The translations under genes were made by a program, and so were the position numbers. A DNA stretch of 64,000 nt from Tubulanus polymorphus (taxonomy: Eukaryota; Animalia; Nemertea), in contig NC_134036.1 in the NCBI RefSeq assembly GCF_964204645.1, positions 8,098,812 to 8,162,811 on the forward strand. Reading direction: 5' to 3'. Below the pieces are notes generated by a model. That model was not told the origin of the DNA, made no database searches, and worked only from the letters and a program-made list of their open reading frames with translations. This document shows positions 24,475 to 38,882 of this stretch, piece by piece. Each line of letters starts with the position of its first letter. Position 1 is the stretch's first letter.

Positions 24475-27400
24475 TGATCATTTGCGTTTCTATATATCTT
24501 TCAGCTAACTCGAACAATGAAGATCACAAGCAAGAAGATCTCCGAAACCAGCCGATCAGCGTTTAGATACGCTCCTGGTAAATCAAGTCAGGTGTGGCGA
24601 TACCACGTATGTGACCGGTTCTTCGAACTTACAACGAGTAAACGACGACAGGTCAGGACGTGTCGACGCAAGGCCGCTGCCCGTTTAGAGACACAATCGG
24701 TATACCAATGCTTACAATGCGGTTTCGAAACGACCACCGACGCGACGGTTCGCCGCTATATAACGTCAGCACATTTATTGCGACGTCACCGCCAACCGCG
24801 ATTCGCTATTGGGACTGATTAGACGCAGGTCCAGACCGGCATCCGTCAGATGAACTTCCTCCCTGCACATATTGCGAAATTGTGCGGAGGCTGTCCGTGC
24901 TGGAAAAACGTCTCTTATTTATTTAATTTAATTTTATGCGATACTATCTAGTGAGGATCAAATTCTAACCTTTTGTTGTCGCCTGTCACCCTCTTTTAGA
25001 ACCTGTTCGACCCTATTACCTGTTTTTGTATGTAAATAATCCTTTCTTTTTCCGTATTGTATTTTCCGTGTTCCGTAATGATTTAGCGTTCGCGGCCATA
25101 TGTATTATTTTTCGGGCTTCCCCCGCAAGGTGTCACTCGCAAGGGGAGTCTCCGGTATCTATTGTTGAGATTTCTTGACTCCGGGCCGGTTGCGGTGCAC
25201 GTTGCCGGGCCGGTCGGTGAACTCGTTTGCCGGTTCGTTAATTAACGTTGGTAATTGTTGGTCAAGAGGGGACAGTCTTATTCACGATTCCGTCGGAAAA
25301 TAATTCATTTGAAATAGCAGAGAATCATTTGAAATCTCCGAAGCGTTTGTCTCAGTAATTAGTACGCGAAAATATGGTGATAGAGCTAGAGTGAAAAATA
25401 AAGTAAAGTTTATGATATAATAGTTTTCTTTCAGTAAATTTAAAGCAATTCCTTCTCCTATGCATTTTTCATGCCGGTGATTTGCGAAGTTGAAAATAAT
25501 CGTAAAATTGGTATAAAAACAATGTATTTATCTTTTACCGAACCTTTATTTTCAATACAATTTTCATGGTACAACCAATCATCCTGGGTTTGATTGTCAC
25601 CCGCTTGGGCTCACGACAATACACACCCTCGCCGCAAACCCTTCATTGGTCTTTTGCATCGCTTTTTGCATCGCCCATGAGTTCATGTGCGGACAGGTTC
25701 CCGCTCAGCACCCACCAGATTGGCTAGATATATTGAATCTATAGTTATACTGCATATGTAATAGTGTAATGTGTAATCAATAAACAACACGTCATAATAT
25801 ACAAAATAAATCTATGAACACAATTTCAGCTAAATCTTTAGAATTTTCATATCACACGTATAGTCACTTGTTGCACTAAGATGCCAGTTACTGAGATATA
25901 TGCATCATGAATACTCACCGTGAATAGAAGAGCACAAGTGGACTCCATATCGAATGGCTCTACTGACAATCAGTAGAAGATGGAATGTTAAACCGCTAAT
26001 AATGAGGGAAGCATTAATCTATAGTGGCTATATACAGACGGAGGTACTCTGAATGACAAAATTTCACATGAATTCAGCAAACTATAGCAACTATGATTAA
26101 TTACTACTGAATGTTAGGCGAATGTATATGTAATCAGCTAGATCAAGTTCCACAGAAGTGAGTTAAGATTTTACTTGGAGTTAACACATTGAAAATACAC
26201 TGATTTTATTTAACTCAAGAGTTTTAGCTCTAACTCAACTGTAGAACCAGGCCCGGAATAACTTTTGCGCACGGCAGTGTGTAAAATTTTTAGGCATGCA
26301 GTGACCTTCCAATTAACAAGCATCAAGCATCGATCACGAGACACATTAGTCCTAGTAGATATTGTATATGCGTGGTTTATTTTTAATTGTCGGTGATTTA
26401 ATTGACAATCATATAATGACTCTTAGATTCTTATTTATATAATGGTTGTCATTTACACCTTTATTTCTTACAAAAAGTTTCTTTGAAGGTTCCTTAAATC
26501 GTTATCCTAACATCTGCTGAAATCACAAATCCGTTTCCTTTTTTAACCCTAGCATCATGCCTCCGATCAGCAGATCGAACTAGAGCAGTGTTGTAACTAT
26601 AATTATAACAGAAATATTTATTGATTTGAAAAAAAATGATATTCAATCATACAAAAGAAACTGATTCGACGCATTTAACTTGACACTATACCGTTTCGAC
26701 CTCAGTTTGATAGGTTTAAGAACTGCAGTTAGATGTGTTGTCTGTAATAAGAACTTTGAAGAAAACGTCAATATAAACAACTATGGATTTGATATTGATA
26801 CACCGGTCACAATCCTCTCTTTTATCGTTATCTATAAAATACTTGAGTAAGGCCCTGGTGAGAGAACGTGTCCGTGCACGAATCCGAATGAATAAATTGA
26901 AATACCGGATGATAATATTGAAGATAATATATTTTATTTACCTTGAACAAAGAATGATTTTCCTAATCCCTATTGTATATGAATCCCTATCGTTCCGAAG
27001 CTTCTCCTGTCCTGCTGTCGACACTCGTCTTACTAAGGTACAGATTCTCCCCTCTCTCTCGATAGCGGCCCCCTTTTGTAGAAAGAACCGGCATTCTCAG
27101 AATTCCGATTCTCCCACGCAGGGTCTTCCGCTTTTTGGCAAGGAGCAGCTACCCAACTGTCATGACCGTTTTTAGTTACGGAAAATTTAGCCCTACTGAT
27201 TTGCTGATCTAAAGGTTTTTTAGAAACTGATTTGCTGATATAAACTTTTTCTTCCAACCCTCCTGTCATGACGCGTTGTGATTTACTCACTCCTTGCTAG
27301 TCGTTGTTGAGAGAGCAGCTATTGTCTGTGAATTACCAACGAGCGCATACAGACAACAGAAACTTCAGACAGCTAGTTTTAACATTGAACACAAATTAAT

Positions 27401-30400
27401 TTTTCTAAAACGTTATCGATTATTAACAATTTGTTCTTAAACAACATCTAGATTACTCAAATTAAATATCTTTTCAAAACTTTGTTTTCTTTTCTAATTA
27501 CAGTACAAATTCATTGTTTCTTTTTTAATTATTATAATTAACTACGATTCGGAATACATTGTGATTGATTATCAATTCTTAAATTATTTGAAATACTTAT
27601 ACTAATTTTTTTATCTACAATTTAACTAATTCTATTTTAATACAGGATAAGCAAAACAACCACATCTTCCTAAACTTCCGGTTTTTCCTTTTACGGAAAG
27701 TAGCCGGGAATATCATCAAGTATCAGCGTGATCCCTTCACGAGCCTCATTATAAATACACTCCATTGTTCCGACCCAACCAAATATGGTTCCAACTATTT
27801 AAAATTTTTATAAAGATTTTCTGAATGTTTGCCAGATCTCAAAGCAGAAGAACCGAAAAAGAATTGTTGTTTATAGACTGATTTATGGTTTGCGTTGGTA
27901 GATGAAAGCATCAAACAAGAACTTTCGTAATTCTTACTACTAGTACGTTCTTGTCTGACGGCTTTCACGTAACCCCCACGCATACGGAAACAACATTAAG
28001 AACATTTCTAAATACTACGAAACATTTTCAAATACTACGAAAATCTAGCTGTGGATCAATATCAATATATATTGACATCCATTTTAATTCTGCTGAATTA
28101 ACATCGTAATCCACCAATTTAGAATCATCTCCTAAATAACGGTTCAGCTTTACTTGCTACTGATTATTAAAAAAACATGATCTATACCATATGTGTTCAT
28201 CAATTCGGGATGATGCTGTTGTAATCCGAATCTTAAAAGGGAACAGGTGAGTTCATACAGTGGGAATTATTAAAATTGAGCTGAAATTGTATTCAACAGT
28301 TTATCGATAAGGGAGGTGTCATTCCGTATTAAATATCATTAGATACCGTACATAGTACCGGGGTATTTCTAGTTTTTACAATGAAGATTCATTGATATTT
28401 ATTCTCGATAGTATTAGAACTTCCAAGGTGTTATCGGCTTCTCAAATAGCGAGTTATTTATAGTTTCATTCAATCGCCCGCTAAAGGTGTATTCACAATT
28501 TTCAAATTTTAGAGGTGCAATAGTTGTCGCGTGATATTTGAAGATTATATCTTTGCGTCGGGAGTTAATTGTTGTCAACGGTGGCAGCCTTCTACGCCCG
28601 ATCGTTTGCACGCTGGGGAGTAAAAATCAACATTTGGGGATTGCGATTCAAGATGATTGAAAATCCTTAACCGGAATATTCGAGACTTAGAGACTTATTT
28701 TTTTTGCTTAAGAATAAACTAACTGCCAAAAATCATTTTCAACCCTGAATGATGTAATGGGCAGAATAGGTAGGCCTAACCAGTTCTAATCTGACTCCTC
28801 ATCATGCAATATCCTAATTATTAGAAGGGGAACAATGATAATTCGACTCGCCTAACACACTCGCCAGATAACATGTTGATGTTTGGCCTACATGCAGGCA
28901 AAAATTATTATGAAGATGTCACACGCTTTTTTTTCTGTGGAAACCTTACTGCTTTTTCAAAAACAATTATAGCTGTAAGTAATTCGATACCTATCGATCA
29001 AAACTTAATCTTGAATATGTACACGTATATAAAACCTTCAACGTGTTTGTTTGGATGAAGTGCAGAAAAGCCCTTATCGGGTTTGCTTTCAGAACATATG
29101 TTCCATCCATTATCGATTTCACACATGCATCTGATATTTTGAAATAATTTCCTTTTTATTTTATGTTTCAAATATCACATTTCATCGTATGATAACGGAA
29201 GACTATTAATACCTGTAAACCAGTTTAATTTGTGAGCCCGTCGACAACTTCTCAGACATCATAAGTGTGAAATATTAACGACCAATCCCTGAAATCATCT
29301 GCAAATGTTATTTGATATATTGTGTGGTACTTGTAGTTCATTTTTTCGCATTTTTAAAGCAAAATTACTATAGGCGATGCCCTGTTTAATGTGAAATGTA
29401 ACGTCAAACAGTCTTTTGTGAAAGTGCAAGAATGAATATCGTTTGTCCCGATTTTGTAGATCATTGCTCATAAAAAACGTATCAGGTGAAGTGAGGATTT
29501 TCACATATAAAAATATCCTGATAAAATGTTAAATGACTTGTGATTTTAGTTTAATCAAAAAGTTACCAGCTGAAATACTGACGATGAGATCAATCAATTG
29601 TTGTAACTGTTGTTTTTAATCAACACCTTTTAGGGAAAAGACATTTTGATAAATCGATTTGAGAATGCTTTTTGATAATCTCCAATGCCTGGTCTTCATC
29701 TTCAGTTGCGAATGTCTCAACTTAAGTATCGGGTCTTTCTATATTTTTTTGCACTAAATATCTTAAGAATTGGAAGAATTTTTATGGTATTCCACAGAAT
29801 TTCACCTTCACTGATTATGGTAATAAAGACACAATGCCAAAATGTCTTTTCTTGGTAATGTCCATACAAATATATGGCAAGACCCTCAGATCCTATCCCT
29901 GGAAACTCCCTTAACTAATATCGTCAGGTTTTTAAATTCGGACATGACTTACACGTTGAATTATTGTTACGAAATTTTAAATTGTTCTGATGCAAATTTA
30001 TCGACTTTCGAACCAGATATTTATTTGGCGCAATTGATCCTAACGGTATGCTTTTATCATTTCTAGGCTTGGTGCTGTGATTGTTTTAGTCAGTTTGGCT
30101 GAAAAATTTAGGCATCATCGAATTCGCTCCAGACCGTGTTAAAAGAAGCAACTGTGAACAACACCTCGAAAACAAGATCTGCGGTGATCAAAATCATCAA
30201 CTACAATTTCTCTTTGAAAGAAAATTAAATATCCGTCTTAGAAATGTTCCTTGAATTCAATTTCGAGAAAGAATTTAGGAAGAGAATAAATGTTGTCGTC
30301 ACCTAGATTCGAACCCGTGTCGTGTTATCACGACCACAGCGAATAGAAGTAGTTGTTAAAGTGACGGATCGATTTATCCATATCAAGAGCTGTACTCGAA

Positions 30401-31376
30401 TTATGTTTGCTTTCAAAACGTATGTTTTTGGGCAAAATCGATTTAACGCCTATATATTGCTGGCCAAATTATCATTGTATGCTGTGAAATTCGCTGACGA
30501 AACTAGTGAGTAGAATTATATGTTACATGGTAAGTATAATTATTAAGACATGATTTTTCATCGGTGTTTTTAATTAGATATGTCTTACTATCATGTGCAT
30601 ACATGTTTATTATCACGTGGATGCGTCCCGAGAAAATCATTTAGAAATGAAATCATAATTTCGTTTGACGTCGCGAGTTTTTATCTCAACATTAATTCGT
30701 TTACGCTAAAGGGGGTGTTTCCGTAATCACTGTCTGATTTCATGAATTTAACGCAGCTTTGGAAGACGTCCTTTTTAGCGAAAAGATTATTAATTTTTCA
30801 AATGAAATCAGGTGATTCATCTAAATCATTCTTTTTCTGTAATCCTTAGGTCGAAACAGTGCGCGCACATACACATTTACTAAAACTATAAAAGCATGAT
30901 ATACGACATGAAAAGTTGTCCATTTTATCCTTTTAGGTGTTTTTGATTGAGAGATCATCAGTTAAAGAATAGGTATTATGAACTATTCAAAATTCATCTA
31001 TTATAAGTATAATACTACATTGAATTGTTATTTCAAATGTCTTCCTGCCATTTCATATGCAATGTTTTCAGGATATTGCGTCCAACGGCTGATTACAATT
31101 ACTCTCAGAATGTGATGTTAAAATCAGTTTATCAATTAATAGAAAACAATTAATAAAAGACTGCATAAAAAGAAAATACATTAAATTGTCAAAAAATCTA
31201 AAGATAACGAAAATAATGATTACCACCACGATAAGCAACAAAATGGCATTCAACCATATAAAAGCTTAAAACGAATTGTTGGTTTTTTAGGAATAAGGAA
31301 ATTCGTCGTCAATCGAATTAATCGTATAATCCATTGAAATCTAAATTCATCAAAATGTGTATGTTTCACTTTCAGA

Positions 31377-32315
31377 ATGTTCACTAAATTCTTGTTCCTC
31401 GCCTTGATCTTGTTTATTGTCATCGGAGCTATTGAAGGTATATAACCTACTTATTATTAGAGAGAAGTTTTGTGTACTCGGACGTAGTAATAGTATTACA
31501 TGTCAGTTCATATATTTGAGTTGACCATGTTAGCTTATTGGAAGTCGTTGATTATCAATTATGTAGTAATGGCATTCCTCATTAATTCCGATTATACTTG
31601 CATTGATTGAAAACGGTGAATTTTCTAAGTTTTGATGACACCGCCGTTTTTTATCCCATCAGGGTGTGGGAACTATCTCGGATGTTATAAGGACGGCCCT
31701 CAAAGAGATTTGACTAGTCGTGCAGCCGATACAAAGAAAAGAACAATCCAATCATGCGTGCAAACATGTAAGGATAAAGGTAATGACAATTCTACTTGTG
31801 TATTAGACCAAAAGACTATGAGAGGTAAAATGACGAGATTTTGAATTTGACAAGTTCGCCATGGATCACAGCCTTAAGCTCTGCAATGAACCACAAATTG
31901 AACAAAAGTCATTTATGATTCGTGTCTTTCTTGAAATGCGGCGACACAGACAATAGCAACTACTATTTTCAACTATATCTACAATAAAAACTTCGAGAGG
32001 AGGAACGCGTTAACAAAGTTTCCCCAGAATGTGCTTCATAACAGTGTTAAAGTAATAACTACAAATAGACTTTTCACGAACCTTTAGACCCTCACACCTT
32101 TGTTTTTCCGATGAATAATCGTCAAATTTACCTTTTTTTCAGGATATAAATTCGCTGGACTTCAGGCTGGTTGGCAATGTTTCTGTGGTAATCGTGTCGG
32201 CAAGTATGGACCAGCACCAGAATCTCAATGTAACATGAAATGTTTAGCAAACCCAAATGAAACATGTGGAGGCGACTATTGGAAGAATTCCGTATACGTT
32301 ACTTCAATCATGTAA
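31377..32315 (+). CDS. Host gene: secreted 116-aa single-WSC-domain protein (exons 31377-31437, 31663-31779, 32143-32315)
   Basis: Signal peptide [21 protein letters not shown] and two phase-1 GT-AG introns. WSC pattern [56 protein letters not shown] at ~32354. Confidence 0.92.
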
Positions 32316-32484
32316 ATATAAGATGAATTCGATGTTCGTCGATTTAGAACCTCAATAAAAATTGATTAAAAATGCATGTATTATGTTTTCTTTAATCAAC
32401 TTCAATTGATGTCAGAGACGGAGATGAGTCCGTTGTGCTGGATCTAAACAGGGCTACCCAATCACCGATAAAACAGTAATCCAG

Positions 32485-32660
32485 CAGCAGATGAACCAGT
32501 AATTTCCGTTTAGAAATCCGTTTTATATCAGGCCGTTTTGTAATCATAATCCGATAGTCAAAAAATCTGAAAAACGGATTTTATCCGTTAAAAAAAATGC
32601 AACGGAAAATCTGTTGAATTACAGATTTCTTAACGGAATTTTCTGGTTCATCTGCTGTCG
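32485..32660. repeat. Inverted repeat / MITE-like fragment
   Basis: CAGCAGATGAACCAGTAATTTCCGTTTAGAAATC pairs with GATTTCTTAACGGAATTTTCTGGTTCATCTGCTG. Confidence 0.6.
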
Positions 32661-33339
32661 GTTTTTTTAAATGTTTTCATCCGATGTGTCCATGACTTTT
32701 CCGTACTAAGCGAGCAAAAATCCATTGAACAGACAGAATATAATTCAATAATACAGGTTTTAATACGATCTAAAAATGGTACAAAATTTTGACTGACTTT
32801 AAGTATATGTAATAACAAAACCGTTGCAAAATGCGTGATCTATCTAGCATCGCTTTTACACATTTACTGTAATGATTAAAGAAAATAACTAAATATCCCT
32901 TTCTGTAAGAATGGCTACGATGATGTTCCTTGAGTGGTGATTTGAATTAACATACGTACATACAGAAAAATCCTAACAAATTAACATAAAAGAGTATTCA
33001 ATTAAAACTTATCAACTCTTGACTCACTTAAAAAAATTCACTTTCCTAAAAGCCTGTTACATTATTTCAAGGAATTACTGCACTTGTGAATGTGATTCTA
33101 ATAATATGTGTACTAGAACAATTGGTCCACGTACGATTAAGCTACTGACGTAAAAAACAACCGAAAAAGCGTCTCAATTGATCGTTTCTACAAAATTATA
33201 CCCTCAAAACGATAATGACTTGAAAACGTACATTACTCGTGATAAAATTCCATTCTTAACACAGAGTAACATGAGACACATCTACATAGTCTAATGTAAA
33301 ACTAGTAAGATATGCATATGCATAAGAATCGGTAAAGGC

Positions 33340-34166
33340 TGAATTATTTCATACAATTTCTATATATGCATCCGGATTTTGGATGTACTGGTGCAATATG
33401 TTGCCAAAAATAAAATCTGATCACCATTCTTTTTAATTCACATGAATTAAAAAGATTTTTAGTACAACGAAAGTCTTCTATAACCTTCATTTGCTTTGCA
33501 GCACATTTTCCCCTATTATCTGTTGATCTCTTTTTCTGCTGGTGTAGTTTTCTCTTTGAACGCAAAGAGTGAGGGAACAGCGTCTGGTATCAAGATTTTC
33601 CTTTCCCCTGAAATTGAAATTTGGACAACACGTTTAAAGATAAAAGCCTTTAAAACTTAAAAAGAGCTTAGTGGTAGATTTTCAGCATATACTTTTCTCA
33701 TGCAAATTTAAACTAACCTTAAAGTTCAGTTTCTCTGTGATCATCCGATTTAAAGTGCTTGTGACAAACAAAGCTACGTTGACCAGGCGACCATAACTTT
33801 CTTTTGTCAGTATTATCGGCTCTTTTTATTGCTACACACCATTCCTTACACAGGTTTTTCTTGGTAGGGAACTTATGTCCCCCTTTGTTATTGCGACCAA
33901 CCACAACACAATAGGCCTAGTCATACATTGTGAAATCTCCGATAATAGCACGAATAACAACATTTGACTTGGATTTTACTTCCGGGTTGTCTCGCAAATC
34001 TCGCAAAAATGGCTCGTGAGAATGGTGCTGAATTTAACCCGGAAATGAATTCAAAGTATAACCGAAATACCTTATGTTCTATTGCATTTGCAATTAAAAT
34101 CTCTCGCTTCAAGTTTTTAGTCAGCGATATTTTACTTATCATACATCGGCACGCATAATCCTTTAA
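33340..34166 (-). mobile_element. THAP-domain transposon remnant, possibly Kolobok-like
   Basis: YCVV..HKFP..EWCVAIKR..WSP..VCHKHF, then an intron, then LIPDAVPSLF (THAP AVP motif). A TTAA|AGG terminus at 34160-34166 on the minus strand suggests Kolobok. The other end was not found. Confidence 0.6.
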
Positions 34167-34329
34167 ATATGATATCCTGACAATGTGATGAATTCGATAA
34201 AACCTCACTTCGAATGCTAAAGATCACTAGAAATGTCAAAGAACCACCAAAAATAACAAATTCAGCGATAACGCTGGAAGCAGCTAATGCAAGTGATGAC
34301 TGGTGCAGGGTGTCATCACTTTGTTGTTG

Positions 34330-34737
34330 AGAGTAATAGGGGTAATAGGCTTTCATACCAAAGGTCGAAAGGTCGAGCTCATTAAAAAACAAATATTAAA
34401 AGTAATTAAAAACTATAATATATTTTCATAACCGCGTGCATTTTATATTAAAACTAAATATTTATTCTAAGATATCAATAATTTAAAAAGCATATTGTAA
34501 ATAAATCAATTGGTCGCTCCGCTTCGCTCCGCTCCGCTCCGCGACCAATTGATTTATTTACAATACACAAATTCATATAATCAAATATATTCAAATAATA
34601 ATAATTATTCTATTATTCAACTGAAATGCACGCGGTTATGAAAATATATTATAGTTTTAAATTACTTTTAATGTTTTGTTATTAATGAGCTCGACCATTC
34701 AACCTTTGATATGAAAGCCCATTACCCCTATTACTCT
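34330..34737. repeat. ~408-bp nested palindrome immediately upstream of the copy C polymerase
   Basis: Outer arms of ~115 bp (AGAGTAATAGGGG..ACCGCGTGCATTT / AAATGCACGCGGT..CCCCTATTACTCT) and a perfect inner stem ATTGTAAATAAATCAATTGGTCGC / GCGACCAATTGATTTATTTACAAT around a (CTCCG)n-like loop. Confidence 0.92.
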
Positions 34738-34815
34738 TAAAATATTCATATAAATGAATAACATTTAAATCATTGAACTTCTAAAATCAATTTTAATAAA
34801 AAATTTAGTATTAAA

Positions 34816-37800
34816 ATGGAAGCAAATAAGTACTACTGTCCAACATGTAATATCAATGTAGATAAATCCCAAAAAGCAAGACACAATAAAACTAAAACAC
34901 ATTTAGAGAATATATTGAAACTAGAATATAAAGATGATATATTAGAAACTAAATTAGAAGAATTAAAGAATGAAAAAGAAACATACAAATGTGATACATG
35001 TAATCAATCATTCAGTGATAAAAGATATTATAATGAACATTTAAAATCTAAAAGTCATATTAGAAATAAGAATAATGATATTTTAGGTGAAGATTATTTT
35101 GATAATGATAACGATAAGAAACAGAAGACAATTAAAAGCATAAAAAATAAATTTACAATAAAAGACCATACATGGAAGATGTAAGAAATTATATTAATTC
35201 ATTAGATAATAAAAAAGATATAGAGATAACCGAAGCATTTAAAAGTGATATTGGTCCAGCAGCTATCGAGTTTAAATTTCATAAAGGAAAAACATTAGAA
35301 GAAAATAAAAAACATTTAGAAAATATGAAAAATATTATAAAAATAATTACAGATGTTGAATATCCTAAAATAAGTATATCAGTTAAAGTAAAGTTTAAAA
35401 AATCTGAAGATAAACCAATATATAATATAAATTCTCATTCACAACATATTATTTCAAAACAACATATAGATGATAAATTAGATAAATGTTATAATGAAGT
35501 AAAAACTAAAATAGAAGAGAACTATTTTGAAGGATCTGGTTTAATATTTGATGAGATAATATTTATGACTACATGTTTATAACACAAAATATAATAAGTT
35601 AACTAAATCAAAACCAATTGATGAAAATAATTTATCATATTTTAAAGAACCTGATATTGAAGCGTCAAGTTATATTAAACTACCATTTAAAACTAATGCT
35701 GTAATAAATGTACAAAATTTTGATAATAAATGTTTTCTATGGGCTATAATAAGTTGTTTACATCCAACAGAAGATATTACACATAGTTTTAGATTAACTC
35801 ATTATAAACCATTTGAAAATAACTATAAGATAGATAAGTATCCTGTTAGAATTAAAAACATCCCAAAAATAGAAAGAGATAATAATATAAAGATAAATGT
35901 ATTTGATTTAATCAAATTACCAAATACAAAAGGTAACAATATAAAACATTATACATTAGAACCTTTATATCTATCAAAAGATTATGATTCAAACGATGTT
36001 ATAGATATATTATATTATGAGAATCATTATATGTGGATTAAACAAATAGATTTATTTTTTAGAACAGAAAGTGATCACCATAATAAAATATATCTATGTA
36101 GAAAATGTTTACATAAATTCAGTAATGAAAGTACATTATTAAATCATAAACAATTATGTGAAAATCATGATTATTGTAAATTAGTTTTACCAAATGAAAA
36201 GGATAAAATATTAGAATTCAAAAAATATGATTACAAAAATAAAGTACCATTTGTAATATATGGAGATTTTGAATCATTAAATAAAGAATTAACTGATCAA
36301 GATAGAAAAGAAATATATTATAAAAGAAAGAAATTAAATTCTAATGAAAATGATTTTTCAGATGAACCACCAAAAACAAATACTATTAAAAAGATTCATC
36401 AATCAGCTGCAGCTTTCGGGTTATATATTAAATCTGATTATCCAGAACTAATTGAAAGTGAATATTATCATTACAGAAATGAAAATGTTATCAATCATTT
36501 TTGTGACTTATTAATTGAATATGAAATAAGATTTAGTAAATTATTGAATACAAATATAGAAATTATAATGACAGAAAAAGATAAAGAAGAATTTGTGTTT
36601 GCAGGTAAATGTTATTATTGTGAAAAGATATTTAATTATAAAGATAAAAAAGTAAGAGACCATGATCATTTGAATGGAAAGTTTAGAGGCGCTGCACATG
36701 AGAATTGTAACTTACAAGCTAAGAAAATTAACTTTGTACCAGTTATATTTCATAATCTATCTGGATATGATGCACATTTATTTATCAAACAGTTATGCCA
36801 TAAAATAGAAGAAATTAATAATGGAATAGAAAGATTAAATTCAAATAGATCAAAAGATAAAATACCAACTTATAAATTTAGAATGTTAGCTAAAACATCT
36901 GAGAATTATATATCATTCCAATTTGGTTGCCTAAGATTTATAGATTCATATAGATTTTTAAATAGTTCATTAGATAACTTATCAAAATCATTAGTTGATG
37001 ATGAATTAAGAATATTAAAGCAACACTACCCAAATAATGATGATTTTCAATTAATGAGATATAAAGGAGCAATTCCATATTCATTTTATAAATCACATAA
37101 TGATTTTAAAATAACTGAATTATTGAAAGAACAATTCTATGATGAATTAAAAAATGAATATGTTAAAGATGAAGTCTATAATAGAACATTGAATATTTGG
37201 AATCATTTCAAAATAGAAAATCATGGGCAATTAGTAGATTTATATTTAAAATCAGATGTATTATTATTAACCGATATATTCGAAAGGTTTAGAGATGTAA
37301 ACCTAAAATATTTCAATATTGATCCTTGTCATTGTTATTCATCACCAGGATTAACATGGGATTGTGGATTAAAATTTACAGATATAAAAATGGATTTGTT
37401 AACAAATATAGATCAATTATTATTATTTGAAAAATCTATAAGAGGAGGTGTTTCAGGTGTATTAGGTGATAGATATTTCAATGTAAATGATAACCCTGGA
37501 TATAAGTTATTATATATAGATGCAAATAATCTATATGGTTGGGCAATGATGGAAACTCAACCTTATGGAGTATTTGAAATAACAGAAGTTTTACAAAATG
37601 AAAATAATGATAAATTTGATTGGAAGAAAAGAATTCTAGATATTGCAGATGATTCAGATACTGGTTACTTCTTTGTTGTAGATTTAGAATATCCTGAACA
37701 TATTAAATTTAAATCTAGAAATCTAGCTTACTGTCCCGAACATAAAACTGTAACTCATGAAGAATTATCATATTATCAAAAAAGAATTAAACCCGAAAAT

Positions 37801-38853
37801 CATATTCATACAGAAAAGTTAATGGTAACTCAAGAAGATAAATATAATTATGTAGTACATTATAGAATGTTAAAGTTTTATTTGAATCAAGGAATGATTC
37901 TAAAAAAAGTACATAGATATATTTCATTTAGTCAATGTAAGTGGTTAGAAAAATATATAGATTTTAACACAAAACAGAGAACTAAAGCTAAAACTGATTT
38001 TGAGAAAGATTTCTTCAAGTTAATGAATAATGCATTCTATGGAAAAACTTGTGAAAATATTAGAAATAGAAATGATATTGAGTTAGTTAGTAATGGTAAA
38101 AGAATTAGACATTTACAATCGTATCCTAAGTTCATTGGTAACAGAATATTTGATGAAAATTTAGCTGCAGTTAAAATGAGAAGAACATCAATGAAATTTA
38201 ATAAACCAATTTATGTTGGTGCTACAGTTTTAGAATTATCAAAATTACTAATGTATGAATTCTATTATAATGTATTACAACCACTTTTTGGAGAAAAACA
38301 TATAGAAATATTATATTTTGATACCGATTCTTACATATTAAAGATAAAAACTGATAACATAACTGATGATTTAAAAACATTAAAACATCATTTTGATTTT
38401 AGTAACTATCCTAAACATCATGAATTGTTTAGCAATGATGATAAAAAAGTTCCCGGTAAATTCAAAGATGAATTAGGTGGTGAAGAAATGATTGAATTTA
38501 TTGGTATTAGATCTAAAATGTATTCATATAAAACTAAAGAACATGAAGCTAAAAAGTTAAAAGGAATAACCAAAAGTGTAGTAGAAAAGAATATTCATTT
38601 CAAAGATTACATCAATTGTATATTCAATGAAGAAGTTAGCAAACATAAGATGAGATGTTTAAGATCTGAAGATCATGAAATGTTTATTGAAGAAATTGAA
38701 AAGATAAGTCCAAACCCATTTGATGATAAAAGATATATTTTAGATGATGGAATTCATACAGTTGCTTATGGTTGCAATTTAGATGAATACTTAAAATTTA
38801 AAAGAGAAGAAACAAAAGAGAACGAGATAATGAAAAGAATTCTAACGTGTTAA
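34816..38853 (+). CDS. Protein-primed family B DNA polymerase (two frameshifts near 35165 and 35570; continuous frame ~35570-38853)
   Basis: Exo I YGDFES, exo II FHNLSGYDAHL, exo III YLKSDV, SIRGG, pol A YIDANNLYGWAM, pol B KLMNNAFYGK and pol C YFDTDS. Endonuclease VII-like CYYC..RDHDHLNGKFRGAAHENCN. Upstream SSYIKLP..DNKCFLWAI..HYMWIK, EGSG motif and two N-terminal zinc fingers. Confidence 0.95.
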
Positions 38854-38882
38854 TCAAATTTTAATAAAAATATGTTATTAAA

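Noticed and set aside
25300-31300. Scattered 60-130 aa ORFs
   Set aside because: No motifs, homologues in the window or consistent splice structure; treated as intergenic DNA or old repeat debris.
35160-35580. Programmed ribosomal frameshifting in pPolB
   Set aside because: No clear canonical slippery heptamer with a downstream structure is visible. Similar indels occur in many copy C genes, so decay or sequencing error is more parsimonious.
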